Assembly (NCBI GenBank): GCA_965205975.1
Contig: OZ242195.1
Coordinates: 1,952,001-2,016,000, forward strand
Length of the DNA stretch: 64,000 nucleotides
Direction: 5' to 3'
From: Candidatus Latescibacterota bacterium
Lineage (GTDB): Bacteria; Latescibacterota; UBA2968
A program made the position numbers and the translations under genes. Of this stretch, positions 46,661-55,460 are shown in pieces. How positions within the stretch are numbered: the stretch's first letter is position 1; the number at the start of each line of letters is the position of its first letter. Below the pieces are notes generated by a model. The model was given only the letters and a program-made list of their open reading frames with translations. It made no database searches and had not been told where the DNA came from.

Positions 46661-48970
46661 ATGTATCCATTGAAACACATCGGATGGATGGGCGTTCTAT
46701 GCGTACTGATATTTGCATCCGAAATCTATGCCCAGCAACCCGAACTTCAACGCCACTTGACCCGGGGCAAGCTCTGGGCCACCTTTCGCAATACTGGCAC
46801 CCAGGGCCTGCGCGACGACAGCCGCCTGGGCGCAGATGCCGGCTTGATGTATCCCGGCTGGGGCATTGGGGAACGCGATTTTACCGAATACTGGATCATT
46901 GGGCAGGACAACGACCACCGCTATCACACCAGCCAGGGCGAGGGTTTTTGGGTTTTTACCAGAGAAGGTGGATCATATAATGTATCCACCTCCAACCCAC
47001 GCTACAATACCGACGACATCTTTGAAATGATCTACGATGCCGCTTCGGGTCCAGAGCGCGATCTGGGCGTTGAAACCCGGTCGTTCCTCACGGGCAATAC
47101 CACGGCCAATTACTGGCCAGGAGCACCTGCACTGGTGGCCGACGAACCCATCGAAATCCACAATTACGATTACGGACGTTACATTCCCAACGACAACGAG
47201 GCCGAAGAAATCATCATCTCCAAATGGACGACAGAACGCGGCCTCACCATTACCCGCAAAGCCAGAGCGTGGAGCTATCCGGACTACGACGACTTTATTA
47301 TTCTCGAAGTCATCATCGAAAACACCGGAGATAACAACGGAGACGGCATACCCGATGCAGGGCTACCCGTTGATCACCAGGATGTCTATTTCGCCTTTGT
47401 GAATAACCTGGCCCCATCGTGGGCCGGACACCGCTGGCAAAACCAGACTGTACCGTGGGCGTATTCCGACCCGATCATCCTGGACGATTGGTACAAATAC
47501 AGCGAAGCATCCAATTTCGATGGCTTGCCCGCACTTCGGGGGAAAAAAATCTCTTATGTTTATGACAGCGATCTGCTCTCTTCTTCCGGAGACGACACGG
47601 GCCAGCCTTTCGATAAGAACAACGCCCAGGCAGCCTATATCAACCGGGGCCAGCTCAACCACGGTGAACTCATGGCTTTCCAGTACATCGGCCTGGCACC
47701 CCTCGACTACGACCCCACCGACGGGTTCACCAACGACACCGAGACCTACGTGGCCCCCAAAACAATGGACCAGCCCGCCTTCGCCAACTGGTGGGAGATC
47801 TTCGGGCGCTTCGATTGGGACACGCCAGACATTACCAATCTGAATAGCGACGAGAACCTCTACAATGAATTTATTGGTTTGGGTAGAGTTCCAGCCGATC
47901 AACCCAACCCCGACCATATCAGCCGCGTAACCTTCGCACATACTTATGGACCTTATGATCTGGCTCCCGGAGAAAAAGCCAAAGTCGTGGTCGCCTGGGT
48001 CGCCGGATCGGGTGCTGAATTTGCCGGTCCCGGCGGCAGTCCCATGGATGTTTACGAATGGGCGCGCCAGGGCAACCAGAGCCAGGTAGCCGACGGCGAA
48101 CGCGCGATGGCACAACATCTGGAACGCGCGCAATTTGCCTACGACAACAATTACGACCTGCCAGACGCGCCTCCCGATGTTGCCGTATTTGTAGATAGCG
48201 ACGAAAACGGGAACAACGCCATCACCTGGTCTGACCGAGCAGAAAAGTCCCCTGACCCGGATTACACGGGCGATGAAGCCCTGGATGTGCAGGGCTACCG
48301 GGTCTATCGCACCCAAAACAACCATCTGGGACCCTGGGAACTCGTGGCCGATATCCCCAGGGGAACTACCCCGACCAACACGGAGTATGCCCCCAGCACG
48401 CCCTGGACTTCTCCCACGATCTCCTACGCCGATGGGGGAACCTACACCTATCGAGACGTAAATTCAGTGCCTGGTTTCAGATACTGGTATTCGGTGCGCA
48501 CGTACGATTCCGGGCACAGCGACTGGAACGGCACAGGCCGATCCATTCCATCTCTGGAATCCGGGCACAGTGCACCGGAACAGCGCATGAATGTTTCGAG
48601 AAGCCCCATTGTGATTGCAACCGCTGAAAAAGACGCGCTAGCCGAACAGGTGCGCGTGGTACCCAATCCTTTTCGAGACGATCCGGGAGACGCCGATCAC
48701 CGGTATCCACCCGCCAGCAACAATATTCGCTTTGTCAATATTCCCCGAAAGGCCAAAATCTCCATCTTTTCTATCTCCGGAGATCTAATCGCCGTCATCA
48801 ATCACCCGCAACGCGCCACCGACCCCGATAGGGGCGAAGCCACCTGGGATCAGCGCACGCGCACATTTTCCGGGCGCGTCGCCGCCGGACGCTATTACTA
48901 TGTGGTAGAATCTCTGGTTGCTGGTGAAACGGGCAAAAAGCAAACCGGGATGTTTATGATCATCAAATAG
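46661..48970 (+). CDS. Secreted protein with FN3-like domain and T9SS-type-A-like CTD
   Basis: Signal peptide; GYRVYR...YWYSVRTYD; VRVVPNPF...IFSISGDLI...ATWD...AAGRYYYVVES...FMIIK; paralog of 9432-11807. Confidence 0.8.
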   Translation: MYPLKHIGWMGVLCVLIFASEIYAQQPELQRHLTRGKLWATFRNTGTQGLRDDSRLGADAGLMYPGWGIGERDFTEYWIIGQDNDHRYHTSQGEGFWVFTREGGSYNVSTSNPRYNTDDIFEMIYDAASGPERDLGVETRSFLTGNTTANYWPGAPALVADEPIEIHNYDYGRYIPNDNEAEEIIISKWTTERGLTITRKARAWSYPDYDDFIILEVIIENTGDNNGDGIPDAGLPVDHQDVYFAFVNNLAPSWAGHRWQNQTVPWAYSDPIILDDWYKYSEASNFDGLPALRGKKISYVYDSDLLSSSGDDTGQPFDKNNAQAAYINRGQLNHGELMAFQYIGLAPLDYDPTDGFTNDTETYVAPKTMDQPAFANWWEIFGRFDWDTPDITNLNSDENLYNEFIGLGRVPADQPNPDHISRVTFAHTYGPYDLAPGEKAKVVVAWVAGSGAEFAGPGGSPMDVYEWARQGNQSQVADGERAMAQHLERAQFAYDNNYDLPDAPPDVAVFVDSDENGNNAITWSDRAEKSPDPDYTGDEALDVQGYRVYRTQNNHLGPWELVADIPRGTTPTNTEYAPSTPWTSPTISYADGGTYTYRDVNSVPGFRYWYSVRTYDSGHSDWNGTGRSIPSLESGHSAPEQRMNVSRSPIVIATAEKDALAEQVRVVPNPFRDDPGDADHRYPPASNNIRFVNIPRKAKISIFSISGDLIAVINHPQRATDPDRGEATWDQRTRTFSGRVAAGRYYYVVESLVAGETGKKQTGMFMIIK

Positions 48971-48986
48971 TACAAAGGAGATACAC

Positions 48987-49928
48987 GTGAAACGCTTACA
49001 AACAACGCTCATCCTGGTCTTCACTGCCTTTGTCCTATCGGCAACAGGCGCAGAAGCCGGGTTAAAAAAACTCGGCAATGCCGGGTTCACCTTCCTCAAA
49101 GTCTCTCAAAGCGCGCGCGCAGTTGCTATGGGCGATGCTTACACCGCAGTGGGCACAGGTGTCGATGCCATGTTCTGGAATCCAGCGGGCATCACGCAAA
49201 TCAATCGCGCCGCTTTTAGCCTGGGATACAACAACTGGATGGTCAATTCCCAATTTTATTCAGGTGCATTTGCCTATAATTTGGGAACACAGGCCATAGG
49301 CATCACGGTCTTGTCTTTCACACCCGATGAATTTGAAGAAACCACCATTTTTCAGCCCAATGGCACGGGCAATATCATTAAAGACAGCGACTTTGCTGTT
49401 GGCCTGACCTATGCCATCAAATTCACCGACAGATTGTCATTTGGCGCCCAGGGCAGATATATTCGAGAGACGCTCTATACCGATGTCAACAGCGGCCTGG
49501 ATATCTCGATAGGCACGCTCTTTTACACCGGATTCCGCTCTTTGCGACTGGCCATGACACTAAAGAATTTCGGACAGGATATCGTCATTATCGATGACAC
49601 AGCCTTCCGCCCCCTCATCTACAGCATCGCGGCTTCAATGGAACTCTACGGCAATCTGGGCGATCCAGTTTCACTTACCGTAGCTGCGGAGAATGCCTTT
49701 TTTGTGGATTTCGAAGGCCGCATTCACACAGGCGCCGAACTCTGGTTGCACAATATTCTCGCACTGCGCGGCGGCTGGAAATTCAACAACGACACCGAGA
49801 GTTTTGCCCTGGGATTTGGCCTCAAATACGCGCTCAATGAGCGTCCCTTTACCCTGGACTTTGCGTATAGCGATATGGGAGAGCTATTGGACCCCACCTA
49901 TCGGATAACCATTGGCGGTTCCTTCTAA
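48987..49928 (+). CDS. PorV/PorQ-family outer-membrane beta-barrel
   Basis: FLKVSQSARAVAMGDAYTA...FWNPAGI, ALRGGW, C-terminal GGSF. Confidence 0.87.
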   Translation: MKRLQTTLILVFTAFVLSATGAEAGLKKLGNAGFTFLKVSQSARAVAMGDAYTAVGTGVDAMFWNPAGITQINRAAFSLGYNNWMVNSQFYSGAFAYNLGTQAIGITVLSFTPDEFEETTIFQPNGTGNIIKDSDFAVGLTYAIKFTDRLSFGAQGRYIRETLYTDVNSGLDISIGTLFYTGFRSLRLAMTLKNFGQDIVIIDDTAFRPLIYSIAASMELYGNLGDPVSLTVAAENAFFVDFEGRIHTGAELWLHNILALRGGWKFNNDTESFALGFGLKYALNERPFTLDFAYSDMGELLDPTYRITIGGSF

Positions 49929-49942
49929 GAAGCGGTCGCGAT

Positions 49943-51322
49943 ATGAAACAGGTCCTTTTGTCGCTGTGTCTCGCGCTGGCTCTCATCGCACCAATTTCAG
50001 GCGAAGATATCCCCGTTATGGCACAGGGAGCCATCCCATTTTGGGTCGATAGAGCTGGGTTTTATGCGCCAGACAGCCTGAACTATGGCGAACTATATCT
50101 CCAATGCCTTTGCCAGCACCTCACATTTAAAGAATCAAATGACCGCCAACGGGCCACCTACCGCGTAGAAGCAACCTTTTACACCGAGCGCGATACCATT
50201 CCCTTCAAATGGGAAAAACAGATTGTCACAGGCGTGGGAATAGATCTGCGCGACCAAATGATTACAGAGGCGTTGCGCTTCAGAATCGCTCCCGGCACCT
50301 ACCGGGGTCGCGTTCGCCTGAAAGATTTGCAGGCCAATGCTGAAGGCACCTGTGAACTTGCCTTTACAATGCCCGAATTTGACAGCGCCGCCTTGATCAT
50401 GAGCGACATCCAGTTTGCCCATCGAATTGACGCCGAGAACTCACAGACCAGCAGCAGCCTGGTCAAAAATGGGTTCAAAATCATTCCCAATACGCGCAGG
50501 TCAATAGACACGACCTTAAACATCTACTTTGAACTGTATGGCCTTGCCGAAGGCGAGGGACGCGCTGCAACTTTTGACCTCGCCTATACCCTCCTGGATA
50601 CCGCGGGACAGCGGATCAAAAACTTTCCCTCAGCGCGCTACCGCAAACCCGGCACAACTGCAATTAAAACCGAATCTCTCGATCTCAAAGGTGTACCGCC
50701 AGGGCATTATGTACTGCAAATCACTACCCGCGATAATGGCACTGGCAAAATGACCACGCGCCAGAGAACCTTTTCAATTGTAGATGTGCAAAAACCCACA
50801 CTGGCAACAGACCCCGCCTCTTTAAAACGCTATTACAAACAAATCCGCTACATCGCCACAAAAGCTGAACGAGAAACCTATGCCTCCTTGAGCACGGCCG
50901 AGAAAGTGAAATTTATTCTCTCTTTCTGGAAAAAACATGATCCAACGCCTCTAACGCCCGAAAATGAATTTGCCACCGAACATTTCAAGCGCATCCGCTA
51001 TGCAGACGAACGCTTCTCTGCGCGTCCAGGACAAAAGGGATCGGATACCGATCAGGGGCGCATCCACATCAAGTATGGCCTGCCAACAGACATTGAGCGC
51101 AGTCCGTTTAGTGCTACCGGCAAAGCTTTTGAAATTTGGACCTACGAACACCTCAACTACTACGAGTTTGTATTTCTGGATCGCCTCGGAGATGGCGTTT
51201 ATGAAATGATCCACGCCACCATGCCAGGAGAACGCTACAACCCCAACTGGCGAGACGAACAAGCCATCGGTGACCAAACCGACCCCACATCGCTGCCATC
51301 TGAGGCATATTCTCCGCCATAA
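49943..51322 (+). CDS. GWxTD-domain-like secreted protein
   Basis: Signal peptide; MSDIQ, FW...DP.P.TPENE, R..YA...F, GSDTDQGRIHIKYGLP, EIW.Y. Confidence 0.82.
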   Translation: MKQVLLSLCLALALIAPISGEDIPVMAQGAIPFWVDRAGFYAPDSLNYGELYLQCLCQHLTFKESNDRQRATYRVEATFYTERDTIPFKWEKQIVTGVGIDLRDQMITEALRFRIAPGTYRGRVRLKDLQANAEGTCELAFTMPEFDSAALIMSDIQFAHRIDAENSQTSSSLVKNGFKIIPNTRRSIDTTLNIYFELYGLAEGEGRAATFDLAYTLLDTAGQRIKNFPSARYRKPGTTAIKTESLDLKGVPPGHYVLQITTRDNGTGKMTTRQRTFSIVDVQKPTLATDPASLKRYYKQIRYIATKAERETYASLSTAEKVKFILSFWKKHDPTPLTPENEFATEHFKRIRYADERFSARPGQKGSDTDQGRIHIKYGLPTDIERSPFSATGKAFEIWTYEHLNYYEFVFLDRLGDGVYEMIHATMPGERYNPNWRDEQAIGDQTDPTSLPSEAYSPP

Positions 51323-51338
51323 GCAATCGATCAAACCT

Positions 51339-53324
51339 ATGGCAAAAACGCCAGTCTCTCAATACAAATCAGAATACCTGTCCAAACCCAAGACAAGTGG
51401 CGTAAGCCTTCGCGCCATTGTATTGGGTCTCGCGCTCGTTGTCCTGATCAACCTCTGGATGCCCTATTCAGAGTACATCGTGCGGGCATCGCGCATGAAC
51501 CTCAGTCACTTTCCGGTCGCAGTATTCATCCTCTTTCTCCTCATACGCTACCTGCTCACCCCCCTACTATCAGCCTGGAACCCCACCCTTCTTTTAACCC
51601 CTTCTGAACAGTTCGTCATCATTGCAATGGGACTTGCAGGTGGTGTCGTGCCCGGATCAGGTGTACTCGGTTTTCTCTTTGGGACCATTGCTACCCCGTA
51701 TTATTTTGCCACGCCAGAAAACCGCTGGGCGGACTTCTTTCACGCCCACCTTTCCACCTATTTGGTACCCCCCAATACCAACGGCGCAATGCGCGATTTT
51801 TACGAAGGCGCACTGCCCGGCACGCCAATCCCCTGGTCTATATGGGGCGCACCCCTTTTTTGGTGGCTTGTTTTCATCGCCGCCATTGTCTTTGTTTCGG
51901 CCTGTATTGCAGTTATCTTGCGCCGCCAGTGGTCTGAAAATGAACGTCTGGCATTTCCTCTGTTAAGTCCGACCCTGCATATTGTTTCTCCAGAACAAAC
52001 ACGCGATAACCCCTTGCAGTACAGAGGTCTCTACTGGGCGGGATTCGCTCTTTCCTCTGGCATTCTCGCCTGGAATATTCTCCATTTCTTCTGGCCTATC
52101 GTGCCCGATATTAAACTGACACTTCCCTTTTTTTATTTCGCCAAAGGTTATCCCCCTATCTTTCCCCGGTTCAATATTTACGTCATGGGATTTGCCTATT
52201 TTGCCAACCTCGACGTGCTTTTCAGCATGTGGTTCTTCCATCTCCTTTTTTACCAAATCCCAGGTGGCCTCTTAAATCGCATTGGATTTGACATGTCCGG
52301 CCGCGGCGACCCTTATGGTGCGCTTCACTTTTCCGGCGCGGGCTGGTTGTGTTTTGGCGCTCTGTGTTTTTTCGTTTTTTGGGGATTGTATATCTCTCGC
52401 CATCACCTCAAAGCAGTCCTTCTCAAAGCCATCAATCCACAACACCCCATTGACGACACCCGGGAACTCTTATCTTACCGCACCGCTATTTTAGGACTAC
52501 TTATTGGAACAATTTTTATTTTTTTTTGGTTGTATCAATCCGGCATGGCCCCCTCAACAATCGCCTTTTACATTGTAACCACCTTTGTCATTTACGTAGG
52601 CGTGGCGCGTGTCGTCGCGCAAACTGGCATCCTTTTTGTGCAAGCCCCAATCAGCGCACAGGTTTTCACCATTTATTCTCTGGGCGCACACGCCCTTTCG
52701 ATGCCCACGATGACATCGCTCGCCCTCTCCTACGCACTCACCAATTATATTCGCGGTCTGTTTATGCCCGCATTAATCCATATCGCCAAACTATCCGAAT
52801 GGATCAAAGCCGACCACCGCAAACTTTTAGGCGCGGTCTTTTTGGGATTAGTCGTCGGCTGTCTGGCGTTTATTGTATATGTCATACCCCTAGGTTATGA
52901 AAGGGGAGCTTTCAATTTTAACGACATTCCGCTCAAATCGGGTATCAATCGGATCTATCCGGTGATTCTCAGCAAAATTGTCAATCCCTTTGATCCCGAC
53001 TGGCAAAGACTGGGCTTTTTTGGCGGCGGTGCAGCATTGATGGGATGCCTCACATTCTTACAATATCGCTTTCCCTGGTGGCCCCTGCACCCCATTGGCC
53101 TGACTGTTTGCAGCACCAATGTCGCCCGCAGCAATCAGGTCTCTATTTTTATTATTTGGGCATTCAAATTGTTCGTACTGCATTTTGGCGGTGTCTCTGC
53201 TTATCGTCGTTTTCAGCCCTTCTTTATTGGCCTGCTTACCGGTTATGGCCTGGGAGTCGCGCTGTCTTTTATTGTCGATGCCCTGTGGTTTTCCGGTCAG
53301 GGACATTACGTACACAGGTGGTAA
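51339..53324 (+). CDS. DUF6785/DUF6784-type polytopic membrane protein
   Basis: LRRQWSENERLAFPL, RVVAQTG, RFPWWPLHPIG, FFIGL..G, C-terminal HRW. Confidence 0.8.
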   Translation: MAKTPVSQYKSEYLSKPKTSGVSLRAIVLGLALVVLINLWMPYSEYIVRASRMNLSHFPVAVFILFLLIRYLLTPLLSAWNPTLLLTPSEQFVIIAMGLAGGVVPGSGVLGFLFGTIATPYYFATPENRWADFFHAHLSTYLVPPNTNGAMRDFYEGALPGTPIPWSIWGAPLFWWLVFIAAIVFVSACIAVILRRQWSENERLAFPLLSPTLHIVSPEQTRDNPLQYRGLYWAGFALSSGILAWNILHFFWPIVPDIKLTLPFFYFAKGYPPIFPRFNIYVMGFAYFANLDVLFSMWFFHLLFYQIPGGLLNRIGFDMSGRGDPYGALHFSGAGWLCFGALCFFVFWGLYISRHHLKAVLLKAINPQHPIDDTRELLSYRTAILGLLIGTIFIFFWLYQSGMAPSTIAFYIVTTFVIYVGVARVVAQTGILFVQAPISAQVFTIYSLGAHALSMPTMTSLALSYALTNYIRGLFMPALIHIAKLSEWIKADHRKLLGAVFLGLVVGCLAFIVYVIPLGYERGAFNFNDIPLKSGINRIYPVILSKIVNPFDPDWQRLGFFGGGAALMGCLTFLQYRFPWWPLHPIGLTVCSTNVARSNQVSIFIIWAFKLFVLHFGGVSAYRRFQPFFIGLLTGYGLGVALSFIVDALWFSGQGHYVHRW

Positions 53325-54755
53325 ACAAACGCGCGAAAAACAGTGCCAAATATTAAAAAGCCGATGTAAAAACATCGGCTTTTCTTGAAAATCTGTCGCG
53401 CGATCGCCTGCTGATCCTCCATACGCAACAACACAGCGCCCAGCTTTGTCACCGCATCAACATCATCCGGTTCCAGGGACAAATAGCGCGTATAATACGC
53501 TGCGGCTGTTGCATTGTCTTGAGACAATGCGTAAAAATCATCGCGCGCAAACCAATCCCCCAACAACTGATAGGGCGCGCTATACGTCGAATCAATCGCA
53601 ATCGCCCGATACGCCATATCCACGCACTGATCCGTACCGATATCAAAATACACCGACGCCATCTGGTAATACAAATCTGCGTGCGTCGTATCCGCCTCTA
53701 TAGCGCGATAAAAATACGAAATCGCGCGCCAGCGCGACCATCCCCCGATTTACCCAGCCCGGTCCGTCTTGCGGCTCCGGTTGATTTGCCCAGGCATCTG
53801 TCTGAGTACCCGATTTAACCTTTGCCAATCCCGCGACCAGATCCGTGGCAATAGTCTGTGACAAATCGTCAAACCGATCCTTGCGCCAGACGCGCCGACC
53901 ATTGGCACTACCCGCCCATAAGATACGACCGGAAGACGTATCAATCAGCCGCAGTGCAACCCCCACAGCATTGATCGCATTGTCCTTGCCAGTAGCCATC
54001 AAACTACCGCATAAAACAGCATCTGATCTATGCGCCAACAGCATTCGCTCAGCAGCACTCAGACGCGCGCCTACTCGCTGTGACATATCCAATCCATCAA
54101 ATAACCCATCACCTATTATACCCTCTCTAATCAACCGCTCATACCCGCCCACCAGTGCTTTTTGCGAAGTATGCAAAGGTGAGAATACCGCCTGCAACGG
54201 CCACTCATCTGACCGCATCATCCGCCCGTGCCGATTGGCTTCCTGAAACCCGAGTTGCGCCATCAAATTGCCCAGTGCAATCTCTCCAATATCGCGCTGG
54301 GCATAGATCCACTGCCATTCGACATCATCCCGCGCCTTGCTCGTCCAAATGGGTTCTCCAGTATCCAGATCCACAATCCACACATGCAATGTGCGCGTCC
54401 CGGCATCAGAAACAAATCCGATCAACGCCTGCTCTGCACGGGCCGCTGTTTTCAACAAAAACAAATCATAGTCTTTCAACGCCTGTTTTGTCTCCACCAT
54501 CCCCTTCATCTTGATCCGTGGAATCGTATCAGGCTCCACCAGTTCAAACCAGCGCCCCTGATAGGCGGGAATATCCCGATGCCGCATCAACTCATCTACC
54601 AATCGGTCAGCCATAAAAACCCCGTAATCGGGATCCTTCTCTGAAAGTAGTGGAAACACCGCCAGACGAGGAGCCGCTTCGCGCTGCGGCAAGTCCTCCT
54701 CACACTGCACCGCTGAGGAAAACACAAGCAATAGAATTGAAAGAGAATATCTCAC
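53306..54755 (-). pseudogene. Secreted CsgG/TolB-N-like plus TPR protein, frameshifted near 53720-53730
   Basis: LAVFP...LVDEL and RLIDTSSGRILW domains. TPR begins GWVNRGMVALAR and continues in another frame as ISYFYRAIEAD..HADLYYQMA. Confidence 0.65.
53356..53383. terminator. Bidirectional terminator-like hairpin
   Basis: aaaagccgatgt-aaaa-acatcggctttt between convergent genes. Confidence 0.75.
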
Positions 54756-54767
54756 GTCTCACCGCCT

Positions 54768-55460
54768 TTAATTATTAATCGCCATTCGCGTCGCTTCTAA
54801 GAACGTTTCGTATCTTTGAGGGCCACCGCGCAATACGCGGACAATCTCACCTTTGGCATCAATAAAAAAGGACCTGGGAATACCAGTGTTCTCATACGCA
54901 TTGTTCACTTCTCCCACCGCGTCGAGAACAAAAGTCCAGGTGTAGCCATATCTTGTGACAAAACGCAGCACCAGGCTACGCGATTCTCGCAGGTCAATAC
55001 CGACGATCTGGATGGAATCGCCCATAGTATTTTGCAACTTTTGCATGTCGGGCATTTCAGCAACACAGGGGCCACACCAGGTTGCCCAGAAGTTGAGAAG
55101 CACGGGTTTGCCGCGCTGTTCATAGAGATTGAACGATTCCCCAGTGAGGGTTCTCAGCGTAAAGTCAGGAGCTTGCATCCCAACTTCAATGCCAACGGGA
55201 GCGTCGGTGGTTGGCGGAGGGGTTGGCGCGGTGGTTGTCTGCCCGTAGAATTGGGCAAAAATGACAAAGTCCCGAAAATTGACTGCGCCATCCCCATTTA
55301 AATCAAACTGGGTCTGGGTTGTTCCATAGCCCTGTGAAAATGCGATAAAATCGGCAAAATCCACTTTGCCGCTGTTGTTGAAATCACAATCTGCTACGGT
55401 TGGTGCTGCGTGTACCGAGGCAGGTAGGAGCAGGAAAATTAATGTCATAACATACTTCAT
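54768..55460 (-). CDS. TlpA-like thiol-disulfide oxidoreductase with N-terminal dockerin/EF-hand-like domain
   Basis: Signal peptide, DFNNSGKVDFADF and DLNGDGAVNFRDF, Pro/Thr linker, APDFTL, NFWATWCGPC..EMP, GIP. Confidence 0.9.
   Translation of the reverse strand: MKYVMTLIFLLLPASVHAAPTVADCDFNNSGKVDFADFIAFSQGYGTTQTQFDLNGDGAVNFRDFVIFAQFYGQTTTAPTPPPTTDAPVGIEVGMQAPDFTLRTLTGESFNLYEQRGKPVLLNFWATWCGPCVAEMPDMQKLQNTMGDSIQIVGIDLRESRSLVLRFVTRYGYTWTFVLDAVGEVNNAYENTGIPRSFFIDAKGEIVRVLRGGPQRYETFLEATRMAINN

Noticed and set aside
8459..49928. Calling a complete type IX secretion system
   Set aside because: Only PorV-like barrels and CTD-like tails are present. No translocon or motor genes are in the window.
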